This document shows positions 17,373-26,591 of a stretch of DNA of 38,615 nucleotides, one piece after another. The translations under genes were made by a program, and so were the position numbers. Below the pieces are notes generated by a model. That model saw only the letters and a list, made by a program, of their open reading frames with translations, was not told the DNA's origin and did no database searches. The DNA lies in assembly GCA_947303695.1 (NCBI GenBank), contig CAMYYX010000001.1, positions 1 through 38,615 of the forward strand. The letters are read 5' to 3'. Position 1 is the stretch's first letter, and every line of letters begins with the position of its first letter. Origin of the DNA: an uncultured Prevotellaceae bacterium (GTDB taxonomy: Bacteria > Bacteroidota > Bacteroidia > Bacteroidales > Bacteroidaceae).

Positions 17373-17423
17373 GTTTGACTGTTTTTGACTGTTTTTTGTC
17401 TATTCCTTTTTCTTGTCAGTTGC

Positions 17424-17431
17424 AAAGATAC
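17424..17431 (-). promoter_or_regulatory. Candidate -7 box TATCTTTG (minus strand) for the VanW gene
   Basis: The + strand reads caaagata, so the minus strand reads TATCTTTG. It lies about 52 nt upstream of the ATG at 17372. Confidence 0.4.
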
Positions 17432-17504
17432 AAAAAAACTCTATATGAATGGCAAGAATAAAAGAAATAAGGTTGAATTGCTTTGTGGATTGGGAAAAAA
17501 ATCG

Positions 17505-17512
17505 TAAATTTG
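17505..17512 (+). promoter_or_regulatory. Candidate -7 box TAAATTTG for the alkaline phosphatase gene
   Basis: TAAATTTG matches TAnnTTTG and lies upstream of both candidate starts (17541 and 17580). Confidence 0.4.
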
Positions 17513-17579
17513 CACCTGTTTTTGTAAAGATTCATTATAAATGAAAATATTCTTATCCATAACTAAACAACTATTGATC

Positions 17580-19427
17580 ATGAAAAAGGTTTATTTACAA
17601 ATCCTATTGATTCAGTGCCTACTAATGATGGGTGCTGGAATGTCTTTTGCACAACAAGTAAAGAATATCATTGTGATGATTCCAGACGGTTGCTCTCTTG
17701 CTACCATCAGTACAGCCCGATGGTATCAGTGGATGACTGATCCTGAGAAGGAGAATCTTGCTATTGACCCTTATATCTGTGGTACGGTAAGGACGACTTG
17801 TTCGAACGCACCTATCGGTGACTCTGCCCCTACAACATCATGTTATATGACAGGCTACAACAGTCTTAAGGGCTGGGTAAGTACTTATCCAACACCAGAC
17901 CCTGATAACGACATCTATCCTGTAAATCCCAAACGTGCTTATCAACCTTTGACGACTGTATTAGAGGCATCAAAGATGTTGGGTAAGTCAACGGGATTAG
18001 TTTGTACATGTTACTTCCCTCATGCTACTCCTGCCGATTGTTCGGCTCACCACTATAATCGTGATAAGTATGACGAGATAGCTAGCCAGCAGGCACACAA
18101 CCGCATCAACGTGGTTATCGGTGGTGGTGTGAGCCGTATTACCGTAGAGGGTGAGGCCTATCTGAAGAATGCAGGTTGGGACATTATCAAGGATGACTTG
18201 AATGCAATGCGCAGTTGTGAGAATAATAACATGTGGGCACTCTTCGGTCAGAACGATATGCCATACGAACTGGATCGTGACGCAAACCGTTACCCATCGT
18301 TGGCAGAGATGACAAGTACGGCCATCAAGAAATTGTCAGCTAACCCAAAGGGTTTCTTCCTGATGGTTGAAGGCAGTAAAGTTGATGGTGCCGCTCACAA
18401 CAATGATCTCCCTGGTATGATACATGATTATCTGGCATTTGATGAAGCTTGTCGTGAAGCGATTGAGTTTGCTAAGAAGAATGGAGAGACAGCTGTACTT
18501 GTACTTTCTGATCATGGTAACAGCGGATTGAGCATTGGCCGCCGAGATAACGGTAATTATGCAGCTACTCCTGCGAACCGCTTGTTTGGTGCTATGAAAA
18601 ATTTCAAGGCAACAGCAGAAGAAGTGGCAAACAAATTGAATAACGCTCCATTTGAACAGGCACAGAGCATCTTTAAGGAGTGGTGTGGTTTCGAACTGAC
18701 GAATGAAGAATTAGAGTTCTTAAAGAACTGCGACGAATATAAGAGTAGTCCGATTGAGAAGGAACAGCGCAAGCAGGAATCACGTAAGTACTATCGTACA
18801 GGACTGACTCGTACGGTGGCTCAGTTTATGACCGACCGTACTGGAATGTCATTCACTACGAATGGTCATACCGGTGAAGATGTGATTCTTGCAGGTTTCC
18901 ATCCCGACCCACAGTGGCGTCCGGTAGGTGAGTGGTCGAATGTGAAGTTCAACGGTTATATCTGCTCTTTGATCGGTATCACCCGTGAAACCCTTGATGA
19001 ATTGACGAATCAGTTCTTCGCTCCTCATAAGGAGGTGCTGGACGGTGTGGCAGGTGTTACCTATAAGATGGAAAAGATTAAACTGAATGCTCCTACTCAG
19101 GGTGGACAGAACCGAGGTGGCGGCGGCTTTGGCGGCGGCTTCCCAGGTGGTGGATTCCCCGGCGGTGGTTTTGGTGGCGGCTTCGGTGGTTTCGGTGGTG
19201 GCTTTGCTCGCCCTGTTATTCCAGAGGTTATGCAGTTGACGATTACCACCAAGACAGGTAACATCGTTTTGAAGTCAACATCAAATGTAGCTGAGGTGAA
19301 CGTGAAGAAAGGTAAGATGACCAACACTCAGATGGTTGACCTCAAGACAGTCGTTCTTTACGTGGATAAGAATGATACATTCTACATTCCACGCAACATC
19401 TTGTCTCTGGTGCAGCAACAGCAGTAA
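17580..19427 (+). CDS. Secreted alkaline phosphatase (PhoA family) with a Gly/Phe-rich linker and an extra C-terminal domain of about 75 aa
   Basis: The signal peptide MKKVYLQILLIQCLLMMGAGMSFAQQ begins at ATG 17580 (an alternative ATG is at 17541). It contains MIPDGCS, the nucleophile block GDSAPTTSC (the DSA Ser), MVEGSKVDGAAHNND and SDHGN. Confidence 0.85.
   Translation: MKKVYLQILLIQCLLMMGAGMSFAQQVKNIIVMIPDGCSLATISTARWYQWMTDPEKENLAIDPYICGTVRTTCSNAPIGDSAPTTSCYMTGYNSLKGWVSTYPTPDPDNDIYPVNPKRAYQPLTTVLEASKMLGKSTGLVCTCYFPHATPADCSAHHYNRDKYDEIASQQAHNRINVVIGGGVSRITVEGEAYLKNAGWDIIKDDLNAMRSCENNNMWALFGQNDMPYELDRDANRYPSLAEMTSTAIKKLSANPKGFFLMVEGSKVDGAAHNNDLPGMIHDYLAFDEACREAIEFAKKNGETAVLVLSDHGNSGLSIGRRDNGNYAATPANRLFGAMKNFKATAEEVANKLNNAPFEQAQSIFKEWCGFELTNEELEFLKNCDEYKSSPIEKEQRKQESRKYYRTGLTRTVAQFMTDRTGMSFTTNGHTGEDVILAGFHPDPQWRPVGEWSNVKFNGYICSLIGITRETLDELTNQFFAPHKEVLDGVAGVTYKMEKIKLNAPTQGGQNRGGGGFGGGFPGGGFPGGGFGGGFGGFGGGFARPVIPEVMQLTITTKTGNIVLKSTSNVAEVNVKKGKMTNTQMVDLKTVVLYVDKNDTFYIPRNILSLVQQQQ
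19101..19206 (+). repeat. GC-rich coding microrepeat that encodes a GGF low-complexity linker
   Basis: It translates to GGQNRGGGGFGGGFPGGGFPGGGFGGGFGGFGGGFA. The DNA is iterated ggtggc/ggcggc/ttc units. Confidence 0.85.
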
Positions 19428-19479
19428 GAGTCCGTGTAGAGGATATGTAATTTTTTTAACACAATAGATTTTAACGAAA

Positions 19480-20763
19480 ATGATGGAAAGAGACAAAGAA
19501 ATCTTCTCTTTGATTGAACGCGAACATCAGCGTCAACAGAAAGGTATTGAGCTGATTGCGTCAGAAAATTTTGTAAGTGATCAAGTCATGCAGGCAATGG
19601 GTTCTTGCCTTACGAACAAGTATGCAGAAGGTTATCCTGGCAAACGCTATTATGGCGGTTGCGAGGTCGTGGACGAGGTAGAACAGTTAGCGATTGATCG
19701 TATCTGCAAACTTTTTGGTGCCGAATATGCAAATGTTCAGCCACACTCAGGAGCTCAGGCAAATGCAGCTGTGTTGCTTACGGTGTTGAAACCGGGTGAT
19801 ACATTTATGGGACTGAATCTCGATCATGGTGGTCATCTTTCGCATGGAAGTCATGTAAATACAAGTGGTATCCTCTACAATCCAATTGGTTATAACTTGA
19901 ATCCAGACACATGTCGTGTAGATTATGATGAGATGGAGCGTCTGGCTCTTGAACACAAGCCAAAGCTCATTATTGGTGGTGGTTCTGCATATAGCCGTGA
20001 ATGGGATTATGCTCGTATGCGTAAGATTGCGGACGAGGTGGGTGCTCTTTTAATGATTGACATGGCTCACCCTGCAGGTTTGATCGCTGCCGGATTGCTT
20101 GACAACCCATTGAAATATGCACATATTGTGACTTCAACCACTCACAAGACGCTTCGTGGTCCTCGCGGTGGTATCATCTTGCTGGGTAAGGACTTCGATA
20201 ACCCATGGGGCTTGACTACTCCGAAGGGAGAGGTGAAGAAGATGTCGCAGCTGATTAACTCTGCCGTATTCCCCGGACAGCAAGGTGGTCCGCTGGAGCA
20301 TGTCATCGCTGCTAAGGCAGTTGCTTTCGGTGAGGCTTTGACTCCAGAGTTCAAGGTATATCAGACCCAGGTCAAGAAGAATGCTGCTGTATTAGCTCAG
20401 GCGCTGATGGACAAGGGCTTCTATATCTGTTCCGGTGGTACTGATAACCATAGTATGTTGGTTGACCTTCGTACCAAATATCCTGACTTGACAGGTAAGG
20501 TGGCAGAAAAAGCATTGGTTGCTGCCGATATTACAGCCAATAAAAACATGGTTCCGTTCGATAGCCGCAGTGCGTTCCAGACTTCAGGTATTCGTCTTGG
20601 TACTCCAGCCATCACCACTCGTGGTGCGAAGGAAGACTTGATGTATGAAATTGCAGACATGATCGAGACGGTACTTAATGCACCAGAGGACGAAAAGGTG
20701 ATTGCATCGGTTCGTGCTCACGTGAACGACATCATGAAGGACTATCCAATGTTTGCTTGGTAA
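19480..20763 (+). CDS. glyA: Serine hydroxymethyltransferase
   Basis: 427 aa, with ...ELIASENF..., the PLP-Lys block [15 protein letters not shown], and ...[14 protein letters not shown]... Confidence 0.95.
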   Translation: MMERDKEIFSLIEREHQRQQKGIELIASENFVSDQVMQAMGSCLTNKYAEGYPGKRYYGGCEVVDEVEQLAIDRICKLFGAEYANVQPHSGAQANAAVLLTVLKPGDTFMGLNLDHGGHLSHGSHVNTSGILYNPIGYNLNPDTCRVDYDEMERLALEHKPKLIIGGGSAYSREWDYARMRKIADEVGALLMIDMAHPAGLIAAGLLDNPLKYAHIVTSTTHKTLRGPRGGIILLGKDFDNPWGLTTPKGEVKKMSQLINSAVFPGQQGGPLEHVIAAKAVAFGEALTPEFKVYQTQVKKNAAVLAQALMDKGFYICSGGTDNHSMLVDLRTKYPDLTGKVAEKALVAADITANKNMVPFDSRSAFQTSGIRLGTPAITTRGAKEDLMYEIADMIETVLNAPEDEKVIASVRAHVNDIMKDYPMFAW

Positions 20764-20769
20764 TAGCTG

Positions 20770-21798
20770 ATGGATGCCCGTTTGAACATATTAGGAATGA
20801 ATACTACTGAGCTTCAAGCGATTGTCTTGGAGCTCGGTATGCCTAAGTTTACAGCCAAACAGATTGCTCAGTGGGTGTATCAGAGGCAGGCAACGTCGTT
20901 TGATGAGATGACAAACATCTCAAAGCGACATCGTGACTTGTTGGCTGAACGTTTTGTTGTGGGACGTAAGCCTGCGACTGAGGTGCAGACATCGAAAGAT
21001 GGAACTGTAAAGTACCTGTTTCCTACTGAAGATGGCAAATCAGTTGAGACTGTCTATATTCCTGAAAAAGATCGGGCTACTTTATGTGTATCGTCGCAGG
21101 TAGGCTGCAAGATGAATTGTTTGTTTTGCCAGACTGGCAAACAAGGTTTTCAAGGTAATCTGACGACGGCAGATATTCTGAACCAGATATTTTCAATAGA
21201 ACGGCCAGAATCTCTGACAAATATCGTGTTTATGGGTCAGGGTGAACCACTTGATAATTATGATGCGTTGCTGAAAGCAATCAGCTTGTTGACATCAGCA
21301 GAAGGGTGGGGATGGAGTCCGAAACGTATTACAGTATCGACAGTAGGACTGAAGAAAAACCTGAAACGTTTTATTGAAGAAAGCGAGTGCCATTTGGCCG
21401 TGAGTATGCATTTCCCATTCCATGAGACGCGACTGCAATATATGCCTGCAGAACGTCAGTATGGGATTGAGGAAATCGTAGAACTGCTGAGCCAGTATGA
21501 CTGGAGTCATCAGCGACGCCTTTCATTTGAATACACAATGTTTGATGGTGTCAACGACTCTATGGTGTTTGCCAAGGAAATCGTACGACTGCTTAAGAAT
21601 ATTGATTGTAGGGTGAACTTGATACGTTATCATCGTATTCCAGACATAGAACTCGAAGATACTCCGATGCCAAAGATGGTGGCCTTTCGCGATTATCTTA
21701 CCAAACATGGTGTATATACTACGATCCGTACTTCACGTGGTCAGGATATTGAAGCAGCGTGTGGAATGCTGATAAGTAAAGATAATAGGAAGATATGA
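20770..21798 (+). CDS. rlmN: 23S rRNA/tRNA (adenine-C2)-methyltransferase RlmN (radical SAM)
   Basis: It has the radical-SAM cluster CKMNCLFCQTG, FMGQGEPLDN, and the C-terminal ...DIEAACGML with the catalytic Cys. Confidence 0.9.
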   Translation: MDARLNILGMNTTELQAIVLELGMPKFTAKQIAQWVYQRQATSFDEMTNISKRHRDLLAERFVVGRKPATEVQTSKDGTVKYLFPTEDGKSVETVYIPEKDRATLCVSSQVGCKMNCLFCQTGKQGFQGNLTTADILNQIFSIERPESLTNIVFMGQGEPLDNYDALLKAISLLTSAEGWGWSPKRITVSTVGLKKNLKRFIEESECHLAVSMHFPFHETRLQYMPAERQYGIEEIVELLSQYDWSHQRRLSFEYTMFDGVNDSMVFAKEIVRLLKNIDCRVNLIRYHRIPDIELEDTPMPKMVAFRDYLTKHGVYTTIRTSRGQDIEAACGMLISKDNRKI

Positions 21799-22841
21799 AA
21801 CGATTTGGAAATATATTGATGATGGTGATGGTGGCAGTGATACTTGCCTCCTGTTCCGCTAATTCGGATGTACCGAAGCGCAAGCATGCACGACGTCCAT
21901 TGCTGGTTCCTGCTTCAAGTGGAAACCCTTATGAGGTGATGGTGGTTGCAGAAGACTCCCTATGGAACGGATTTGCAGGGAAGGCTCTTTGGACGGTTTT
22001 AAACAAGGATGTTCCGATGTTGCCTCAACGTGAACCGATGTTTCATGTGAGCCATATTGTGCCTTCACAGTTTAACAGGATTACCAATATTTTTCGTAAC
22101 ATCATCATCTTGAAGACCAATGAATACACCACAAAACCAAAAATCAGTTACGAACGCGATGTGCATTCGATGCCTCAGTTAGTGATGACCATTCAAGGCC
22201 CAACAGCAAATGGAATATCTACCTATATCACCGAACAGACAAAAGCCATTATCCAAAATCTGACAGCCGAGGAAATCAATCGTAATGCCATGCTTTTGGA
22301 GGATGAATTTAACATCGCCTTTTATAGAAAATGTAAGGAAATGTTTGATTGTGAACTGTTTATTCCTCAGGACCTGTTGAAAATGAAAGAGGGTAAGGAC
22401 TTCTTATGGGCTTCTAATGATGGTGTATCGACCATTCAAAGTATCTGTGTTTACAGTTATCCATATGTGTCTGAGAAGGTCTTTACTCATGACAACTATA
22501 TCAAATTACGTGATAAGTTCATGCAGGAAAATATTCCTGGAGAGAAACCGAATCAGTACATGACAACCAATCATGATTATGTGTTGACTCGTCCGATTTC
22601 GGTTATGGGGCGTTATGTGTTGGAGGCTCGCGGTTTTTGGAACGTTAAGAATGATATGATGGGAGGACCGTTCGTTTCACATTCGTCTGTTGATACAATA
22701 AATAATCGTGTTATTGTTGTTGAAGGTTTCGTCTATGCGCCTGAAAAGATGAAACGAACCATGATTCGTCGACTTGAGTCCGCATTATATACGTTAAGAT
22801 TGCCAAGCGCGAAAAACGAAAGTTTGAAAAAAGAAGATTGA
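21795..22841 (+). CDS. Lipoprotein of unknown function (DUF4837-like)
   Basis: MKRFGNILMMVMVAVILASC has a lipobox. It overlaps the rlmN stop codon (ATGA). The family name is from memory of Bacteroidales synteny upstream of pdxA. Confidence 0.6.
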   Translation: MKRFGNILMMVMVAVILASCSANSDVPKRKHARRPLLVPASSGNPYEVMVVAEDSLWNGFAGKALWTVLNKDVPMLPQREPMFHVSHIVPSQFNRITNIFRNIIILKTNEYTTKPKISYERDVHSMPQLVMTIQGPTANGISTYITEQTKAIIQNLTAEEINRNAMLLEDEFNIAFYRKCKEMFDCELFIPQDLLKMKEGKDFLWASNDGVSTIQSICVYSYPYVSEKVFTHDNYIKLRDKFMQENIPGEKPNQYMTTNHDYVLTRPISVMGRYVLEARGFWNVKNDMMGGPFVSHSSVDTINNRVIVVEGFVYAPEKMKRTMIRRLESALYTLRLPSAKNESLKKED

Positions 22842-22847
22842 AATAAT

Positions 22848-23960
22848 ATGAGAAAAATAAAAGTAGGAATCACACATGGTGATGTAAATGGGGTTGGATA
22901 TGAGATTATTCTCAAAACGTTTGAGAATCCAGAGATGCTTGAATTGTGCACACCAATCGTCTATGGTTCTCCGAAGACTGCAACCTATCACCGTAAAGCA
23001 TTTGAGTGCTCAACGAATTTTGTTGTAAAGAATAATGCCCGGGATGCTGATGATAATATGTTGAATGTCATTAATTGTTTCGGTGAAGAAGAGATAAAGA
23101 TTGACTTTGGACAGTCTACACCAGAAGCAGGAAAGGCAGCATATGTATCGTTGGAAAGAGCTTTGGACGATTATCGTAAAGGTAATATTGATGTGTTGGT
23201 AACTGCACCTATCAATAAGCATAACATTCAACGTGATGGTTTCCATTTCCCAGGACATACCGAATATATTGAAGAGAAAGTGGGAGATGGTCATAAAGCA
23301 CTGATGATTTTGATGAATGACTCCTTGCGTGTGGCTCTTGCAACGACCCATCTGCCAATCAGCAAAGTGGCAGGTGCCATCACCAAAGAATTAATTGAAG
23401 AGAAGATCCGCATATTGAACCAATCACTTAAACGTGATTTCCTGATTGACAATCCACGAATTGCTGTACTTGCTTTGAATCCACATTGTGGCGATGGTGG
23501 CCTGATTGGTTCGGAAGAAAAGGATATCATCGTTCCGACGATCGAACACTTATTTGAAGAAGGTGTCAGGTGTTTTGGCCCATATCCAGCAGACGGCTTT
23601 TTCGGCTCTGGCAATTATGTTCATTTTGATGCTATTCTTGCCATGTATCACGATCAGGGATTAGCTCCTTTTAAGTCTTTAGCTATGGAGAACGGTGTGA
23701 ATTTTACAGCAGGACTCCCAATTGTACGAACTTCCCCGGATCATGGTACCGCTTATGATATTGCGGGTAAAGGAATTGCTAAGGAGGATTCGTTCCGTGC
23801 AGCTATCTATACAGCACTTGATGTTGTCCGTAATCGTAGGATTTACGATGAGGCACATGCACATCCTTTGAAGAAACAGTATTATGAGAAGAAGGATGAT
23901 AGTGACAAGCTGAAACTTGATCAGGTCACAGATGAGAATGACATGGGATTGGAATTGTAA
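22848..23960 (+). CDS. pdxA: 4-hydroxythreonine-4-phosphate dehydrogenase
   Basis: Motifs ITHGDVNGVGYEI, FPGHTEY, YHDQGLAPFK and RTSPDHGTAYDIAGKG. Confidence 0.9.
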   Translation: MRKIKVGITHGDVNGVGYEIILKTFENPEMLELCTPIVYGSPKTATYHRKAFECSTNFVVKNNARDADDNMLNVINCFGEEEIKIDFGQSTPEAGKAAYVSLERALDDYRKGNIDVLVTAPINKHNIQRDGFHFPGHTEYIEEKVGDGHKALMILMNDSLRVALATTHLPISKVAGAITKELIEEKIRILNQSLKRDFLIDNPRIAVLALNPHCGDGGLIGSEEKDIIVPTIEHLFEEGVRCFGPYPADGFFGSGNYVHFDAILAMYHDQGLAPFKSLAMENGVNFTAGLPIVRTSPDHGTAYDIAGKGIAKEDSFRAAIYTALDVVRNRRIYDEAHAHPLKKQYYEKKDDSDKLKLDQVTDENDMGLEL

Positions 23961-23965
23961 ATAAA

Positions 23966-25063
23966 GTGAAGAATAAGACTCGAAACATATTTTTTCTCTT
24001 TGGAATTGTAGCCATCATCATCATGATTCTGACGTTCAAAGTCAGTTTCGTGGAAATGTGGAACCATATCAGACATGCTGGCTATTGGATATTTGCAGTG
24101 TTGGGCATGTGGATTGTGTTGTACTTCATGAATGCTTGTACATGGCGAATCATCATCAAAGGAAGCGGCGATTGTCCCGTTCCCTTCTGGAAACTATATA
24201 AGATTACCATCACAGGCTTTGCATTGAACTATGCTACTCCAGCGGGATTGATGGGTGGCGAACCCTACAAGATTATGGAACTGACTCCATATGTAGGTCG
24301 CGAACGTGCTACATCTTCTGTGTTGTTGTTTGCCATGACGCATATCTTTGCTCATTTCTGGTATTGGCTCACAGCTGTTGTTCTCTATGTGCTTTTCGTT
24401 CCGATTGATACCCGTATGGCCATCATCCTGTCTCTCATTGCACTATTTGCATTGGGTGGTATTTATCTCTTTGTGCGAGGATATAAACGAGGAATGGTCG
24501 TGGGGCTGGTGAAGGTAGTAAGCAAGATACCTGGTTGCAAAAACCGGGGCAGACGCTTTTTAGAGACACATGCGGAGGAATTGCGTAATATCGATCGTCA
24601 GATAGCACAGTTGCAAGGACAGAATAAACATAGTTTCTATGGCTCTTTCTGTTTGGAATATGTGGGTAGAGTGCTACAGTCGTTCGAAATCTTCTTTATG
24701 TTACGTTTGGTGGATGTACAGGGAACGATGCCACAGTTGTTTATGTATTCGTTTATCATCCTTGCGTTTACCTCTTTGTTCGCCAATCTGCTGTTCTTTA
24801 TGCCTTTACAGCTGGGCGGACGTGAGGGAGGTTTTGCAATGTCGACTGTTCAGATGAAGATGACTGGTGCTGCAGGAGTATTATTGACGTTGAAGGAAGC
24901 GATGACGATAGCCGTATTCATCTCTATCATTTGCAGATTGCGAGAGTTGGTATGGACATGTATCGGAATGCTGTTGATGAAGGTGGGAACGAAAGTGAAA
25001 AGTAGTGACAGTAGTGAGAAAGTAGTGACAGGAGCGTCATACGATACGAAGCATTTAAGCTAA
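23966..25063 (+). CDS. Polytopic membrane protein, lysylphosphatidylglycerol-synthase-TM / flippase-like family (UPF0104)
   Basis: It has about 8 hydrophobic helices and the family-typical ...TPAGLMGGEPYKI... loop. The start is a GTG at 23966, 5 nt after pdxA, and is uncertain. Confidence 0.7.
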   Translation: MKNKTRNIFFLFGIVAIIIMILTFKVSFVEMWNHIRHAGYWIFAVLGMWIVLYFMNACTWRIIIKGSGDCPVPFWKLYKITITGFALNYATPAGLMGGEPYKIMELTPYVGRERATSSVLLFAMTHIFAHFWYWLTAVVLYVLFVPIDTRMAIILSLIALFALGGIYLFVRGYKRGMVVGLVKVVSKIPGCKNRGRRFLETHAEELRNIDRQIAQLQGQNKHSFYGSFCLEYVGRVLQSFEIFFMLRLVDVQGTMPQLFMYSFIILAFTSLFANLLFFMPLQLGGREGGFAMSTVQMKMTGAAGVLLTLKEAMTIAVFISIICRLRELVWTCIGMLLMKVGTKVKSSDSSEKVVTGASYDTKHLS

Positions 25064-25068
25064 ATAAA

Positions 25069-25764
25069 ATGAAATACGGGATATTGGCAGCAGGTGAGGG
25101 GTCACGATTGGCTCAAGAGGGAATAGCGGTTCCCAAGCCTTTGGTGACATTAAATGGTGAAGTGATGATTGACCGTCTGATACGTATATTCCATGAGAAT
25201 GATGCAGATGAGATAGTCATTATCACTAACGACCTGACTCAGCAGACTCAACAACATATCCGACAGTTGCAACAAACGGATTCGCGAATCAGACTTATCG
25301 TTAAAACCACACCCAGTTCCATGCATAGTTTCTACGAACTGCATGCTGCGCTGGGAACAGGTAAGTTCTGTCTGACAACCGTCGATACGATATTCCGCGA
25401 AGATGAGTTCAAGGAGTACATACGCGAGTTCAAGGAAATGGAGGGAGACGGTCTGTTAGCTGTGACAGATTTTGTGGACGATGAAAAACCTTTGTATATC
25501 GCTGCTGATGAGCAGATGCGGATTACAGGGTTTTATGATGAACGACGTGAAGACACGAACTATATCTCCGGCGGGATTTATGGTTTGACAGATACTGCGT
25601 TTCCTACCCTCGAACGATGTATCGATGAGGGGATGTCGAGAATGCGCAATTTCCAACGTCAGATGGTCGCTGACGGGTTAAGGCTACAAGCCTATCGGTT
25701 TACGAAGATTCTCGATGTGGACCATGCGGCCGATATCAACAAGGCGGAGGACTTTCTCAGATGA
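25069..25764 (+). CDS. Small-molecule-phosphate nucleotidyl(cytidylyl)transferase, LicC/IPCT-like
   Basis: The N-terminal signature MKYGILAAGEGSRL...PKPLV is the (L)AAGxGxRL NTP-transferase loop. The size of 231 aa and the layout resemble LicC and inositol-1-phosphate cytidylyltransferase rather than long sugar-1-P enzymes. Confidence 0.75.
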   Translation: MKYGILAAGEGSRLAQEGIAVPKPLVTLNGEVMIDRLIRIFHENDADEIVIITNDLTQQTQQHIRQLQQTDSRIRLIVKTTPSSMHSFYELHAALGTGKFCLTTVDTIFREDEFKEYIREFKEMEGDGLLAVTDFVDDEKPLYIAADEQMRITGFYDERREDTNYISGGIYGLTDTAFPTLERCIDEGMSRMRNFQRQMVADGLRLQAYRFTKILDVDHAADINKAEDFLR

Positions 25765-26591
25765 ATATCGTTGGAGTCTATAGGGCCAGTCAGTTTTCTC
25801 CTAATATGGAGGGACGCGATGCAGCTATCCTGAATGCTGTAGCTGACCGATTGCGGCAGTCGGTACATGTGATGACATGTGTGCATGAAGAGCAGCTTGC
25901 CAAGACCGATGTGGAAGCTGCTGATATAGTTCTCTCTATGGGACGGTTCGCGAGTACGTTAGATCTCTTGCAAGAGATTGAAGCTGAAGGGGTAAAGGTC
26001 ATCAATTCCTCCATTGCAATTCGTCATTGCGAACGGAAGCGATTCACACAGATACTGATGGACGAAGATGTGCCATTTGCTCAGAGTCATGTGTTTCAAT
26101 CGTCCGACAACATTACATGGGACCTGTTCCCGTGTTGGTTGAAAAAAGGGGAGGGGTATGCCGAAGTGGCCGAAGATGTAGTCTTTGTACGGAATGCAGA
26201 GGAATTGGCTGCTCAGGTCGATCGTATGCGCCAACGAGGCATCGCTACGTTAGTGGTGTCGCAACACTTGGAAGGTGACCTCATAAAGTTCTATGGCGTT
26301 AGAGGGGCAGGGTTCTTCTCTTGGAGTTATGCATCCGATAGACCGAGCAAGTTTGGTAATGAAACCATCAACGGTCAGGCACATGGGTACCGTTTCTCTG
26401 AGAAAGAGTTGCGTGAAATCTGCACTCACGCAGCTACCGTGATAGGTTTGGATGTGTATGGAGGCGATTGTGTAGTCAGCGAAAATGGAACGATTCAATT
26501 GATAGATATAAATGATTGGCCAAGTTTCTCTCAATGCAGGGAACAGGCGGCCGAAATGATAAAAAATATAACGATACATAATGACAAATAA
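25761..26591 (+). CDS. ATP-grasp fold protein, substrate unknown (possibly an ITPK-like inositol-phosphate kinase)
   Basis: It overlaps the upstream stop codon (ATGA). The C-terminal block GLDVYGGDCVVSENGTIQLIDINDWPSF has the ATP-grasp Mg/ATP-site layout (D-x-N followed by aromatic-Pro). Confidence 0.55.
   Translation: MNIVGVYRASQFSPNMEGRDAAILNAVADRLRQSVHVMTCVHEEQLAKTDVEAADIVLSMGRFASTLDLLQEIEAEGVKVINSSIAIRHCERKRFTQILMDEDVPFAQSHVFQSSDNITWDLFPCWLKKGEGYAEVAEDVVFVRNAEELAAQVDRMRQRGIATLVVSQHLEGDLIKFYGVRGAGFFSWSYASDRPSKFGNETINGQAHGYRFSEKELREICTHAATVIGLDVYGGDCVVSENGTIQLIDINDWPSFSQCREQAAEMIKNITIHNDK

Noticed and set aside
2220-17579. N-terminal extensions of track ORFs (ends or starts at 2246, 3016, 3083, 10963, 13013, 14645 and 17541)
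   Set aside because: The internal ATGs give proper signal peptides or conserved N-termini and remove overlaps with neighbouring genes. The extended versions add non-conserved-looking residues. 17541 remains a possible alternative start.
19097-19327. Minus-strand ORF encoding a proline-rich PPPKPPKPPP peptide
   Set aside because: It is the reverse complement of the GGF-linker codons of the alkaline phosphatase gene, so it is an artefact of the repeat composition.
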